A stretch of 64,000 nucleotides of DNA from Acutalibacteraceae bacterium (GTDB lineage: Bacteria; Bacillota; Clostridia; Oscillospirales; Acutalibacteraceae), in assembly GCA_045656265.1 (NCBI GenBank), contig JAZOQV010000055.1, positions 4,541-68,540 on the forward strand. The letters run 5' to 3'. The notes under the pieces are model-generated. The model was not told the origin of the DNA and did no database searches. It saw only the letters and a list, made by a program, of their open reading frames with translations. This document shows positions 19,197-29,466 of this stretch, piece by piece; the first letter of the stretch is position 1; each line of letters starts with the position of its first letter. Position numbers and translations under genes: made by a program.

Positions 19197-20429
19197 TTAC
19201 TTCAATTCCTTTATTAGTGCGTTAAACTCTGCTTCGTTATGCTCTTTGTTTGAAAAAAGATAACTGTATGAATATAAAAATACGCCATCTGTATTTTTGG
19301 ATTTTGCATCTTTAACTTGTCTTGAGAGAATATTTTTATTTTCTACCCATTCGTTGCTTGTCGCATCTAGTTCGCCTACTTTGTAAGCGGCAAGCCCTAT
19401 ATAAAGTTTTATATCTTTTTCGCGTGAAAGACCACACCATTTATCTAAAAGCGTGCTAAACTTAAAATTTTCTTGCGGGTACTCGTAACCAAAATAAATT
19501 TGTGGCGCAATATAATCTATATAGCCCGACGTAGAGCACCAATAAGGGATGTCGGCGTAAAGTTCTAAATAGTTTTTATCGGTCCTGTCGGTTGATATAT
19601 CTGCGGCAGGGGAAACGCCAAAAACCACATTTTCGTAACTATGTACCGTTTTATAAACTTCCCCTAATAATAGATTTACATTTGTTCTGCGCCAATCATC
19701 AAGGCATAAAGGGGTGGTAACGCTCTGTACGTACTCGGTATATGATTCTTTATCAAAATCCTTTTCGGTAGTTGGGTAAAAATAATCGTCAAACTGTATA
19801 CCATCTACCTCGTAGTTTGCTAAAATTTCATCTACACCATCAGAAATCAGTTTGCGAACTTCTTCACTTGCGGGGTTAAGGTAGGTGCCTTCCTCGGTAA
19901 ACAGAACGTTTTTATCGTTACTACCGTCATCGTCGGTTAAATATTTGCAAACGGGGGATTTTTGTGGTAATCTTTCGTAATCTTTAGATTTTGCCGAAAC
20001 TCTGTATGGGTTAATCCAAGCGTGAAACTCCAAACCAAGACTATGAGCGAAATTAATCATAATTTCTAATGGGTCAAAATCGGGAGCAACGCCTATTTGC
20101 CCCGTAAAAGCCGCACTAAATGGGAAATAGTCTGATGGGTATATTGCATCACAATTTGCTCTTACTTGGCAAATAACTGCATTAAAACCGGCATTTTTAA
20201 CCTTAGTGAACATGGTGGATATTGTGTTATTGAACTCATCTTGGGTTACGTTCACAAAATTAAGTTCTATGTATGAAATCCAAACCGCGTTCATAACCGA
20301 TTTGTTTTGAATTGTTTTTTGCGGTGTTTCGTCTAAAGAAGGAATACTCGAAGTATCTACGTGGGGCGTAAGTGAGCATCCCGATAATAAAATTATCAAG
20401 GTTAAAACTATTGATAATATACGCTTCAT
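19197..20429 (-). CDS. glycoside-hydrolase-like GHL10/YngK family lipoprotein
   Basis: Lipobox LLSGCS, with AVWISYIE and FHAWINPYR blocks. AGGTG RBS before ATG 20429. Its stop abuts the amidase start. Confidence 0.65.
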   Translation of the reverse strand: MKRILSIVLTLIILLSGCSLTPHVDTSSIPSLDETPQKTIQNKSVMNAVWISYIELNFVNVTQDEFNNTISTMFTKVKNAGFNAVICQVRANCDAIYPSDYFPFSAAFTGQIGVAPDFDPLEIMINFAHSLGLEFHAWINPYRVSAKSKDYERLPQKSPVCKYLTDDDGSNDKNVLFTEEGTYLNPASEEVRKLISDGVDEILANYEVDGIQFDDYFYPTTEKDFDKESYTEYVQSVTTPLCLDDWRRTNVNLLLGEVYKTVHSYENVVFGVSPAADISTDRTDKNYLELYADIPYWCSTSGYIDYIAPQIYFGYEYPQENFKFSTLLDKWCGLSREKDIKLYIGLAAYKVGELDATSNEWVENKNILSRQVKDAKSKNTDGVFLYSYSYLFSNKEHNEAEFNALIKELK

Positions 20430-20549
20430 ATCTACACCTGGTTTCATTTTATATTTTATAGCTTAAAAGGTCAATAACAACTTGCATATTTTCTATAATA
20501 TGGTAAGATAATATATGTAATTTTTAGCATAAAAAAGGGGGCAAAAATA

Positions 20550-20789
20550 ATGTCTGTTATAAATCCGTTAATAGAAGGACCGTATACTTTTTTTGCCGTT
20601 TGCCCTAAATGTAAAAGCGCGGGTGAAGTAAAAGTTTTTAAAACTGCTATAACTGTTGCTTCGAAATACATTCAACACAATCGCAAATACACAGCTATTT
20701 GCACGTGCTGTAAAACTAAATATAATGTATCAAAAGAAATGGGCGACGCATTGCTAAAAGGCACGGGCGCTCTGATATTAAAGGAGTAG
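20550..20789 (+). CDS. small zinc-ribbon protein, hypothetical
   Basis: 79 aa with GGGGG RBS. Two Cys pairs, CPKCKS and CTCCKT. Confidence 0.5.
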   Translation: MSVINPLIEGPYTFFAVCPKCKSAGEVKVFKTAITVASKYIQHNRKYTAICTCCKTKYNVSKEMGDALLKGTGALILKE

Positions 20790-20792
20790 TAT

Positions 20793-21065
20793 ATGCCACA
20801 TTTGTTTTTATCGGTGCTTTACGTTATGGTTGCGATATCCATAATAGGCTCTGTAATGGTTGTTGTAGATAAAAGTAATGCAATTAAAAACCGCCGCCGA
20901 ATAAGTGAGGCTACTTTAATGTATTTTGGCATTTTCGGTGGTGCGCTTTTAATGCTTTTGTTTATGAAACTCGTTCGACATAAAACCTTAAAACCAAAGT
21001 TTATGGTAAGTTTTCCAATTCTTTCGGTGCTACACATAATAATTTTATTTTTGTGTTACTTTTAA
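20793..21065 (+). CDS. DUF1294 membrane protein
   Basis: 90 aa. VDKSNAIKNRRRISEATL followed by TM segments, the typical DUF1294 pattern. Confidence 0.7.
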   Translation: MPHLFLSVLYVMVAISIIGSVMVVVDKSNAIKNRRRISEATLMYFGIFGGALLMLLFMKLVRHKTLKPKFMVSFPILSVLHIIILFLCYF

Positions 21066-21074
21066 TATTACATA

Positions 21075-21116
21075 AAAAAGCGGAGCTTTCCTTTAAGAAA
21101 AGCTCCGACAGTTTTT
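21075..21116. terminator. bidirectional intrinsic terminator
   Basis: CGGAGCTTT / AAAGCTCCG stem with flanking A- and T-runs. Confidence 0.7.
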
Positions 21117-21130
21117 GTATTCTGCTAAAA

Positions 21131-21319
21131 TTAGATAGCGCGGGTAACTTTACCTGAACGCAAGCAACGGGTGCAGGCATTTATACGACGGGGAGAACCG
21201 TCAACAATAGCCTTAACGCGCTGTACGTTAGGCTTCCAGGTTCTGTTAGAACGTCTGTGTGAGTGGGAAACCTTAATACCGAAGCTAATTTCTTTACTGC
21301 AGATATCACACTTTGCCAT
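21131..21319 (-). CDS. rpmB: 50S ribosomal protein L28
   Basis: MAKCDICSKEISFGIKVSHSHRRSNRTWKPNVQRV..., 62 aa from ATG 21319. The track ORF is extended upstream. Confidence 0.95.
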   Translation of the reverse strand: MAKCDICSKEISFGIKVSHSHRRSNRTWKPNVQRVKAIVDGSPRRINACTRCLRSGKVTRAI

Positions 21320-21483
21320 GATCTGCACCTCCTTGATATTGATTACATAGCGCATATTATAATAACAGATATAAAAGCAAAATGCAAGTGTTTTTTTAAA
21401 ATATTTTAAAATTTATTAAAATTGTTGTTAATTGGCAGTTTTTGTGTTAAAATGTGTGAAGACACGAAGGGGTGTTGTATTAA

Positions 21484-22356
21484 GTGATACATAAAATAAA
21501 TAATGGTAATATTTATATTTCGGTTGATGGTTTGGGCGCAGAACTTCGTTCAATATGTGATGTGCACGGAACCGAGTTTTTGTGGCAGGGCGATCCTAAA
21601 GTTTGGGAAGGGCAATCTCCAACAATTTTTCCAATAGTTGGTAGGCAAAAAGACGATATTTATATTTATGACGGTAAAGAGTATTTTATAGAAAACCACG
21701 GATTTGCCACTGCGTGTAATTTCAGGGTGCATGAGAAATATTCTGATAAACTTGTTTTAAGGTTAGAGCAGAATAAGTATACTCTAGAGCGTTATCCGTT
21801 TGAGTTCTGTTTTGATGTTTGTTATGAACTTTCAGACAACTCTTTATATGTAAGATTCAAGATAACTAATAATAGCAAAAAGCCGATGCCTTATGCCGTT
21901 GGTGGACATCCGGGTTTCAGAGTACCTATCGAAGAAGACGAGCAGTTTGAGGACTATTATTTAAGATTTGATCAAGTTGAAACTTGTCAAGCTCCACATT
22001 TGATTCGCGACGCTATGGCAGAAGCCGAGAATTATATACCTGTGCTGGAAAACTCGCAGTACGTTAAATTAACGCACGATATGTTTAATAAAGGTGTTCT
22101 TGTTTTAGAAACTCTTAAAAGCCGTGGTGTAGAACTTTTGTCGCAAAACAGCGGTAAGGGTATCAGAATGGATTTTGAAGGTTTCGATAATTTGGCATTA
22201 TGGCAGATGAATAATGGCAATTTTTTGTGCATTGAGCCTTGGACTTCGCCGGGCTCGTTTACCGACGAAAGCCGACTTTTAGAAAAACGTAAGGGTATAA
22301 TTATGTTACCACCGGGCGAAACCGCAGAACATGGATATAAAATTACATTGATTTAA
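21484..22356 (+). CDS. aldose 1-epimerase family protein
   Basis: 290 aa. LWQGDPKVW, PIVGR, NHGFA, GGHPGF blocks typical of the LacX/aldose epimerase fold. Confidence 0.75.
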   Translation: MIHKINNGNIYISVDGLGAELRSICDVHGTEFLWQGDPKVWEGQSPTIFPIVGRQKDDIYIYDGKEYFIENHGFATACNFRVHEKYSDKLVLRLEQNKYTLERYPFEFCFDVCYELSDNSLYVRFKITNNSKKPMPYAVGGHPGFRVPIEEDEQFEDYYLRFDQVETCQAPHLIRDAMAEAENYIPVLENSQYVKLTHDMFNKGVLVLETLKSRGVELLSQNSGKGIRMDFEGFDNLALWQMNNGNFLCIEPWTSPGSFTDESRLLEKRKGIIMLPPGETAEHGYKITLI

Positions 22357-22370
22357 AAAAGAGGAAAACT

Positions 22371-23027
22371 ATGAAAATTAAAGCAGTATTTTTTGATATG
22401 GATGGTACTTTGGTTAATTCTATGAATGACCTTGCTGCATCAACAAACTATGCTATGGCTAAATTTGGATATCCCGAAAAGCCAATTGAAAACTATGCTT
22501 ATTATGCAGGTAATGGCATTTATGTTATGATAGAGCGCGCATTAGAACCTAATAAAGTAGATGCAGAAACATTAAAGCAAATTCGCGACGTTTTCTTTGA
22601 TTATTATAAGGACCACTGCACAGTGCACACTGCTGTATATAAAGGTGTACCTGAACTTATAGCGGCTTTGAAAGAAAAAGGCATTAAGGTTGGTTGTATC
22701 ACTAATAAGGTAGAGCCTATTGCTAAAAATATTATTAACCACTTTTTTGGCGGTATGGATGTAGTTTACGGACAGGTTGATGGAGTTCCAAATAAACCAG
22801 ACCCACTACTTACCTTAAAGGCACTTGACGAATTGGGACTAGACCCAAAAGAGTGTTTGTTTGTGGGGGACACCTCGGTAGATATAGAAACAGCTTTAAA
22901 TAGCGGTGCGGTATCATTAGGCGTTCTATGGGGTTTTAGAACCGAGGACGAACTAAGAGGCGCAGGCGCTGATTATATAGTAAGCGACGCTAAAGAGATT
23001 TTGGAGATTATTGACACCCATGAATAA
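22371..23027 (+). CDS. HAD family hydrolase (phosphoglycolate phosphatase-like)
   Basis: FFDMDGTLVNS motif I, ITNK motif II, VGDTSVD motif IV. Confidence 0.8.
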   Translation: MKIKAVFFDMDGTLVNSMNDLAASTNYAMAKFGYPEKPIENYAYYAGNGIYVMIERALEPNKVDAETLKQIRDVFFDYYKDHCTVHTAVYKGVPELIAALKEKGIKVGCITNKVEPIAKNIINHFFGGMDVVYGQVDGVPNKPDPLLTLKALDELGLDPKECLFVGDTSVDIETALNSGAVSLGVLWGFRTEDELRGAGADYIVSDAKEILEIIDTHE

Positions 23028-24261
23028 ATATAAAAAGACCGTTTGGAATTGCTATATAGGTTATATAGTACAAGCGGTTGTAAATAATTTGCTACCTCTT
23101 TTTTTCGTTATATTTCGCGAAAAATTTGATTTAAGCAACCAAAAACTAGGCAGCCTTATACTTATAAATTTTCTTATACAAATCTCTGTTGACCTTTTAG
23201 TCTCGCGTTATGGAGATAGGTTAGGGTATAGGCGCGCAATGCTTTTAGCACACGGCTTTGCGGGAATAGGACTCATATTTATAACTGTTCTACCATTTCT
23301 TTTTTCAAGCGTTTATATAGCATTTATAATCGCCACATTCTTCTTTGCTGTGGGCGGCGGTATGATAGAGGTTATGGTCAGCCCGCTTTTAGACGGACTT
23401 GTAACAGAAGGCAAGGGCGCCGCTATGAGCTTTTTGCATTCGTTTTATTGTTGGGGTCAAATGCTTGTAGTTTTGTTTTCAACAATATTCATTTTTATCT
23501 TCGGCGAAGAATATTGGTATATTTTACCGGTGTTGTGGTCTTTGGTGCCACTTCTTAATATGGTGGCGTTTATCAAAGCGGAACTACCGCCAATGCTAAA
23601 AAAAGGCGAAAGAACACCGTTAAGAACATTGTTTCGAGAGCCGGCGTTTATAATATTCATATTTTTAATGTTTTCTGCAGGTTCGTCAGAACTTGCTATG
23701 TCGCAGTGGGCGTCCTTCTTTGCGGAAAAAGGCCTCGGTGTGCCAAAACTTTTGGGCGATATTTTAGGCCCATGCTTGTTTGCGGTTTTTATGGGTATAG
23801 CGCGTGTGCTGTACGGAATATTTGAAAGTAAATTGCCTATGAGAGCGTCGATGCTTTTTTGCGCCTTGCTCTGTGTAGCATGTTATTTGGCGGTAAGTCT
23901 TTCTATGAACCCGATAATCGCCTTTTCGGGATGTGCTATAAGCGGTTTTTCGGTTGGTCTTATGTGGCCGGGTACATACAGTATGGCAGGTAGCACGTTT
24001 AAGGCTGGCGGAACGGCTATGTTTGGTGTGCTTGCTCTTTTTGGCGACCTGGGTTGTTCGCTTGGTCCTTGGCTTACGGGCGTTGTTTCAGATGTGGCGG
24101 AAAAATCGCAGTATGTTATGAAATTAAGCACAAACTTCGGTATTTCTATTGAACAGGCCGCGATAAAGGGAGGTTTTTTAGTGGGTGTAATTTTCCCACT
24201 TATAACAGTTGTAGCAATACTAATTTCATATATAAATAAAAAATGTAAAGGAATGAACTAG
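23011..24261 (+). CDS. MFS transporter
   Basis: 416 aa with about 12 hydrophobic segments. Overlaps the HAD gene end by 17 nt. Confidence 0.7.
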   Translation: MTPMNKYKKTVWNCYIGYIVQAVVNNLLPLFFVIFREKFDLSNQKLGSLILINFLIQISVDLLVSRYGDRLGYRRAMLLAHGFAGIGLIFITVLPFLFSSVYIAFIIATFFFAVGGGMIEVMVSPLLDGLVTEGKGAAMSFLHSFYCWGQMLVVLFSTIFIFIFGEEYWYILPVLWSLVPLLNMVAFIKAELPPMLKKGERTPLRTLFREPAFIIFIFLMFSAGSSELAMSQWASFFAEKGLGVPKLLGDILGPCLFAVFMGIARVLYGIFESKLPMRASMLFCALLCVACYLAVSLSMNPIIAFSGCAISGFSVGLMWPGTYSMAGSTFKAGGTAMFGVLALFGDLGCSLGPWLTGVVSDVAEKSQYVMKLSTNFGISIEQAAIKGGFLVGVIFPLITVVAILISYINKKCKGMN

Positions 24262-24262
24262 T

Positions 24263-24742
24263 ATGAAACGTAGCGGATACTTAAATTGGGACGAATATTT
24301 TATGGGGGTTGCAATGCTTTCAGCGGGTCGCAGTAAAGATCCCGGCACACAGGTTGGCGCTTGTATTGTAAACGAAAATAATCGCATTATGTCGGTTGGT
24401 TATAACGGTATGCCGGCGGGCTGTTCTGACGATTCTTATCCTTGGGATAGAGAGGGCGACGCTTTAAAAACCAAGTATTTATATGTATGCCACGCCGAAC
24501 TTAACGCTATTCTTAATTTTAGAGGCGGTACACTAGAGGGTTGCAAAATTTACACAACTCTTTTCCCTTGCAACGAGTGTGCAAAGGCACTAATTCAAAG
24601 CGGCATTTCTGAAATTATTTATATGCAGGATAAATATTCCGATACCGATTCGGTTATAGCTTCTAAAATGATGATGAAATCGGCAGGCGTAACCTTCCGC
24701 AAATATGAAATGGCAAATAAAAATATTACACTTGAACTTTAA
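24263..24742 (+). CDS. comEB: dCMP deaminase (ComEB-type)
   Basis: HAELNA and PCNECAK zinc-binding motifs, 159 aa. Confidence 0.85.
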   Translation: MKRSGYLNWDEYFMGVAMLSAGRSKDPGTQVGACIVNENNRIMSVGYNGMPAGCSDDSYPWDREGDALKTKYLYVCHAELNAILNFRGGTLEGCKIYTTLFPCNECAKALIQSGISEIIYMQDKYSDTDSVIASKMMMKSAGVTFRKYEMANKNITLEL

Positions 24743-24794
24743 TTATAAAGGCGTGCTATATGCTAATTCGCGTAAGGCGCGCCTTTTCGATTTC

Positions 24795-24823
24795 TTGACA
24801 TATTCTCTTTAGAGGGATATAAT
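24795..24823 (+). promoter_or_regulatory. consensus sigma-A promoter of copA
   Basis: TTGACA, 17 nt spacer, TATAAT. The spacer holds an imperfect dyad, ATATTCTCT..AGAGGGATAT. Confidence 0.55.
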
Positions 24824-24873
24824 ATTTTAACGAATTGATTGATACTTTGCAAAACTTATGAAATAGGTGTTAT

Positions 24874-27300
24874 ATGAAAAAGTTTAACGTAACGGGCATG
24901 ACATGTGCTGCGTGCAGTGCCAGAGTAGAAAAGGCGGTAAAAAGGGTAGCGGGTGTAGAAAATGCATCTGTTAATCTGCTTTTAGGCACTTTAAGTGTAG
25001 AGGGTAAAGTAGAAGATAGCGTTATAATAAACGCGGTAGAAAAAGCAGGATACGGCGTTATTGCAAATAACGAACAAAGTAAGAAACAACCTAAAACGAC
25101 TAGCGGCTTTGTGGCAAGATTAGTTAGTTCCGTTGTGTTTTTGGTTCTTTTAATGTATGTATCAATGGGGCATATAATGTGGGGGTGGTACTTGCCGAAT
25201 ATAATCGCAAGTAACCCAATTATGCTAGGCCTAATACAGTTCATTCTATCCACAATTATATTGGTAATAAATAAGCAGTTTTTTATAAGCGGCTTTAAAG
25301 CAGTTATAAAGGGCGCCGCTAATATGGATACTCTTGTATCGTTGGGCTCGGGTACTGCGTACGGATACAGCGTATATATGCTTTTTGAAATTTCGCATTT
25401 TATTTTGCTTGGAAGAATAGACGAGGCATTTCATCATTTGCACGGGTTGTATTTTGAATCAGCGGCTATGATATTAACCTTAATTACTGTCGGTAAAATG
25501 TTAGAGGCATATTCAAAAGGAAAAACCACCTCGGCGCTAGAAGGACTAATAAAACTAACACCTAAAACTGCAACAGTCATTAAAGATGGTAAAGAGATAG
25601 TTATAGAGGCTTCAAAACTGGGTGTAGGCGATGAGTTTATTGTTAAACCGGGCGAAAGCATACCGGCCGACGCTATTGTGATTGAAGGCGAAAGCGCAGT
25701 AAATGAATCTTCACTTACGGGCGAAAGTATCCCCGCAGAAAAGCGTGTAGGCAGTCAAGTTTATGCTGCAACGATAAACACTTCGGGATATATAAAATGT
25801 CGCGCCACAAAGGTTGGTAACGATACAACTTTGGCAGAGATTATAAAAATAGTGGGCGATACCGCTGCATCAAAAGCACCAATCGCACGAATTGCAGATA
25901 AAGTGTCTGGTGTGTTTGTGCCGGCAGTTGTATTTATTGCAATATTAACATTTGTAATTTGGTTAATTAGCGGTGGCGGCATGGGCGTTGCTATCGAGCG
26001 TGCTATATGCGTTCTTGTTATAAGTTGCCCTTGTGCTTTAGGTCTTGCAACCCCTGTTGCTATAATGGTGGGTAGCGGTGTTGCGGCAAGGGGTGGCATA
26101 CTCTTTAAAACTGCAACTGCTTTAGAAATTGCAGGTAAGGTTAAACACGTTGTCTTGGATAAAACAGGCACTATTACCAGTGGCAAACCAAGTGTAACCG
26201 ATATTATAACTGCTAGCGGTGTTGATGAAAGCGAACTATTAGATACGGCTTATTCGCTTGAATATAAAAGCGAGCATCCTTTAAGTTTGGCGATTAAGGA
26301 TTATTGTTACAGCAAATCTGTTGTCCTTAACGAAGTAGATGGATTTAAGGCGGCTTCGGGCGGTGTAAGCGGTAATGTTAACGGCGTTATGTTACTTGGC
26401 GGTAATTTGGATTTTGTTAATAAACAAGTAGATATAAGTGAAGATTTGGTGTCTGTTGCAAACAATTTTTCAAAGAACGGTAAAACACCTTTGTATTTTG
26501 TGAAAGGGGATAAACCGTTAGGAATAATCGCAGTTGCCGATACTATTAAAGAGGATAGTAAAAAGGCGATAGAATCGTTAAGTAAAATGGGTATAACCGT
26601 TACAATGTTAACGGGGGATAATAAGGTAACTGCCCAAAGTATCGCAAAAAATGTTGGTATAAAAAATGTTATTGCCGATGTTTTGCCGGCCATGAAAAGT
26701 AGTGTGATTTTGGACATTGCCAAAAAGGGTAGTGTTTTAATGGTTGGCGATGGAATAAACGATGCACCTGCACTTACTGCGGCTGACGTTGGTATGGCGA
26801 TTGGTGCAGGTACAGACGTTGCAATAGACGCCGCCGACGTTGTGCTTATAAACAGCAAACTTTCCGACGTAGTTTCGGCAATAAGACTAAGTAAAGCGAC
26901 CTTAAAGAATATAAAACAAAATCTATTTTGGGCGTTTATATATAATGTAATCGGTATACCTATTGCTGCAGGTGTGGGGTTAACCCTTAATCCAATGATA
27001 GCCGCGGCGGCGATGAGTCTATCAAGTTTTTGCGTTGTAACAAATGCGTTAAGGCTAAACTTTTTTAAACTAAACAAAACTAAAAAGGAGAAAATTAAAA
27101 TGCAAAAAACAGTTAAAATTGAGGGTATGATGTGTCCACATTGCGAGGCAAGGGTAAAAGAACTTTTCGAGAATATGGCAGAGGTAACGGTAGCCGACGT
27201 AAGCCACAAGACAGGTACTGCAATTCTAACCCTTAATAGTGAACTTTCTGATGAAACTATTAAAACAGCAATCGAAAACGCTGGTTATAAGGTAGTATAA
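24874..27300 (+). CDS. copA: copper-translocating P1B-type ATPase with N- and C-terminal HMA domains
   Basis: [28 protein letters not shown], and an extra C-terminal HMA domain (GMMCPHCE). Confidence 0.9.
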   Translation: MKKFNVTGMTCAACSARVEKAVKRVAGVENASVNLLLGTLSVEGKVEDSVIINAVEKAGYGVIANNEQSKKQPKTTSGFVARLVSSVVFLVLLMYVSMGHIMWGWYLPNIIASNPIMLGLIQFILSTIILVINKQFFISGFKAVIKGAANMDTLVSLGSGTAYGYSVYMLFEISHFILLGRIDEAFHHLHGLYFESAAMILTLITVGKMLEAYSKGKTTSALEGLIKLTPKTATVIKDGKEIVIEASKLGVGDEFIVKPGESIPADAIVIEGESAVNESSLTGESIPAEKRVGSQVYAATINTSGYIKCRATKVGNDTTLAEIIKIVGDTAASKAPIARIADKVSGVFVPAVVFIAILTFVIWLISGGGMGVAIERAICVLVISCPCALGLATPVAIMVGSGVAARGGILFKTATALEIAGKVKHVVLDKTGTITSGKPSVTDIITASGVDESELLDTAYSLEYKSEHPLSLAIKDYCYSKSVVLNEVDGFKAASGGVSGNVNGVMLLGGNLDFVNKQVDISEDLVSVANNFSKNGKTPLYFVKGDKPLGIIAVADTIKEDSKKAIESLSKMGITVTMLTGDNKVTAQSIAKNVGIKNVIADVLPAMKSSVILDIAKKGSVLMVGDGINDAPALTAADVGMAIGAGTDVAIDAADVVLINSKLSDVVSAIRLSKATLKNIKQNLFWAFIYNVIGIPIAAGVGLTLNPMIAAAAMSLSSFCVVTNALRLNFFKLNKTKKEKIKMQKTVKIEGMMCPHCEARVKELFENMAEVTVADVSHKTGTAILTLNSELSDETIKTAIENAGYKVV

Positions 27301-27306
27301 TTAAAA

Positions 27307-27339
27307 GTGCCCTATCAAATTGATAGGGCACAATTTTTT
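27307..27339 (+). terminator. intrinsic terminator after copA
   Basis: GTGCCCTATCAA / TTGATAGGGCAC 12-bp stem followed by a T-run. Confidence 0.8.
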
Positions 27340-27394
27340 ATATACATCTTGATTTTTTAAAACTTATGTGTTAAAATATGCCAAGCAAATAAAT

Positions 27395-27471
27395 GAAGGC
27401 GTAGCTCAGTTGGTTAGAGTACCTGCTTGACATGCAGGGGGTCGGTGGTTCAAGTCCACTCGTCTTCACCA
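27395..27471 (+). tRNA. tRNA-Val (anticodon GAC)
   Basis: 77 nt. Acceptor GAAGGCG/CGTCTTC, anticodon stem CCTGC/GCAGG with loop TTGACAT, T-loop TTCAAGT, encoded CCA. Confidence 0.85.
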
Positions 27472-27485
27472 GTAATTTTGAATGC

Positions 27486-27514
27486 AAAAAAACCGCGTAA
27501 CTACGCGGTTTTTT
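27486..27514. terminator. bidirectional intrinsic terminator
   Basis: CCGCGTA / TACGCGG stem with A- and T-runs. Confidence 0.75.
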
Positions 27515-27599
27515 ATTATGCCATTTTGTAAAATCAGACGAATTTTAGAAAATTCGTGTAGAATTCGTGTAACAAACATTGCACGCTATAATGTAAATC

Positions 27600-28037
27600 T
27601 TATTTATCCTTTTTAAGCAAATCGCGGATTTCGATTAGGGTTTTAAGTTCTTCGGATTGCTCGGGTTCGGCAGGAACTTCTTCAACAACCTCTTCTTGCT
27701 TTTTAGCAAAGCGGTCTTTAAGGTTCATAATTACGCGCAACACAATAAATATAGCAAGTGCGATAATTAAGAAATCAATAACACTTTGTAAAAAGTTACC
27801 GTATGTAAGCGCAACTTCGGGCTCTGCAACAGGGTCTGTGCCTGCGGCTTTGATTACCCAACGCAAATCGGTAAATTTGATTTTGCCAAGTAATAGACCG
27901 AGAAGTGGTGTAACAACATCTGCAACAAAGGAAGAAACAATTTTACCGAAGGCAGAACCGATAACAACACCGACTGCCATATCAATTACGTTGCCTTTCA
28001 TTGCGAATTCTTTAAAATCTTTTAGAAATTTTTTCAT
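27600..28037 (-). CDS. mscL: large-conductance mechanosensitive channel MscL
   Basis: MKKFLKDFKEFAMKGNVIDMAVGVVIGSAFGKIVSS... with GGAGG RBS before ATG 28037. The track ORF is extended upstream. Confidence 0.9.
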   Translation of the reverse strand: MKKFLKDFKEFAMKGNVIDMAVGVVIGSAFGKIVSSFVADVVTPLLGLLLGKIKFTDLRWVIKAAGTDPVAEPEVALTYGNFLQSVIDFLIIALAIFIVLRVIMNLKDRFAKKQEEVVEEVPAEPEQSEELKTLIEIRDLLKKDK

Positions 28038-28149
28038 TTTACATCCTCCATTTTGACTTGTTTCAACAAGTATTTTCTTTAAATTCATTATATACCACCC
28101 ACAAAAAGTTGTCAATGCGAATATTTTTGAAAAAATTTATAAAAAAGTA

Positions 28150-28178
28150 TTGACAATTATAAAATTCTATGCCATAAT
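28150..28178 (+). promoter_or_regulatory. sigma-A promoter of the Fur-family/rubrerythrin operon
   Basis: TTGACA, 17 nt spacer, CATAAT. An AT-rich ATTATAAAATT spacer could be a Per-box-like site (weak). Confidence 0.45.
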
Positions 28179-28214
28179 AGTATCAAATCCTAATAGCGAT
28201 AAGGAGGCGATACA

Positions 28215-28610
28215 ATGCAACAGAGAAATACAAGGCAAAGGCAAATAGTTTTAGATGCGGTTCGCGAGAGAATGGACCACCCAACTGCAGACGAGATTTA
28301 TCTTGATGTTCGCAAGTTAGATAGCCATATAAGCCGCGGCACTGTGTATAGAAACTTAAATGTTCTTTCCGAAAATGGCGAAATACTGCATATTAAAGTA
28401 CCAACGGCCGATAGATTTGATTTAAGGCCGGATAAGCACTACCACATAATATGCACAAGCTGTGATAAGGTATTCGACGTACCATCTCCGTACACCGAAG
28501 AATTGGATAAAACTGCTGAAAGCAGTACCGGGTTCAAGGTTTCAAGGCATCGTACCGTTTTCGAGGGGATTTGTCCAAAATGTCAAATGATTTTTGAGGA
28601 GGAAAATTAA
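28215..28610 (+). CDS. Fur family transcriptional regulator (PerR-like)
   Basis: 131 aa. Winged helix TRQRQIVLDAV and two C-terminal CxxC pairs (CTSCDK, CPKCQ). Abuts a rubrerythrin gene. Confidence 0.8.
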   Translation: MQQRNTRQRQIVLDAVRERMDHPTADEIYLDVRKLDSHISRGTVYRNLNVLSENGEILHIKVPTADRFDLRPDKHYHIICTSCDKVFDVPSPYTEELDKTAESSTGFKVSRHRTVFEGICPKCQMIFEEEN

Positions 28611-29264
28611 ATGAGTAAATTTGTATGCACAGTTTGCGGATATGTTCACGAGGGAGCCGCCGCACCGCAAGAATGTCCAATATGTCATGTACCCGCATCA
28701 AAATTCAAGGAGGAAAAAGAAGTGGCAACTAACAAATACGCAGGAACAAAAACAGAGAAAAATTTATGGGAGGCTTTTGCTGGCGAATCTCAAGCAAGAA
28801 ACAAGTATACCTACTTTGCTTCTGTTGCTAAAAAAGCAGGTTTCGAGCAGATTGCAGAACTTTTCTTAAAAACCGCAGATAATGAAAAAGAGCATGCAAA
28901 ACTTTGGTTTAAAGAACTTGGCGAACTAGGCGATACCGCACAAAATCTATTACACGCTGCAGAAGGCGAAAACGCAGAATGGACCGATATGTATGAACGT
29001 ATGGCTCAGGATGCAGAGGAAGAAGGCTTCCATGACCTTGCAAAGCGTTTCCGCGGTGTAGCGGCTATTGAAAAAGAGCATGAGGAAAGATATCGTGCAC
29101 TTTTAAACAACGTAGAAACCAAACAGGTATTCGAAAAGAGCGGTGTAACAGTTTGGGAGTGCCGTAATTGCGGACACATTGTTGTAGGTACTAAAGCTCC
29201 TGACGAGTGCCCTGTATGCAACCACGCACAAAGTTACTTTGAAGTAAGAAAACAAAATTATTAA
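28611..29264 (+). CDS. rubrerythrin with an extra N-terminal rubredoxin-like domain
   Basis: N-terminal CTVCGY...CPICHV, ferritin-like EKEHAK/EKEHEE, C-terminal CRNCGH...CPVCNH. Confidence 0.9.
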   Translation: MSKFVCTVCGYVHEGAAAPQECPICHVPASKFKEEKEVATNKYAGTKTEKNLWEAFAGESQARNKYTYFASVAKKAGFEQIAELFLKTADNEKEHAKLWFKELGELGDTAQNLLHAAEGENAEWTDMYERMAQDAEEEGFHDLAKRFRGVAAIEKEHEERYRALLNNVETKQVFEKSGVTVWECRNCGHIVVGTKAPDECPVCNHAQSYFEVRKQNY

Positions 29265-29269
29265 AATAG

Positions 29270-29306
29270 AAAAACGGCTAACGATTTACTTCGTTAGCCG
29301 TTTTAT
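29270..29306 (+). terminator. intrinsic terminator (copy 1 of an identical 35-bp repeat)
   Basis: ACGGCTAACG / CGTTAGCCGT stem followed by a T-run. Identical to 31765-31799. Confidence 0.8.
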
Positions 29307-29466
29307 ACTGTAAGTAAAAACACCAAGTTTTTATTAAATTAGTGTCGCAAGAATTTTACAAACAGAAAAGTCAACTAATAAGCGACTTGCCGCTTATTTG
29401 CTCGCGTTGACATAAATAATGGGCTATGTTATAATTCACAAGGATAAATGTAACTAATAAGGAGCT

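Noticed and set aside
24801-24817. Imperfect dyad ATATTCTCT..AGAGGGATAT in the copA promoter spacer as a CsoR/CopY operator.
   Set aside because: The symmetry is weak and needs a gap, and no copper-sensing regulator gene is present nearby in the window.
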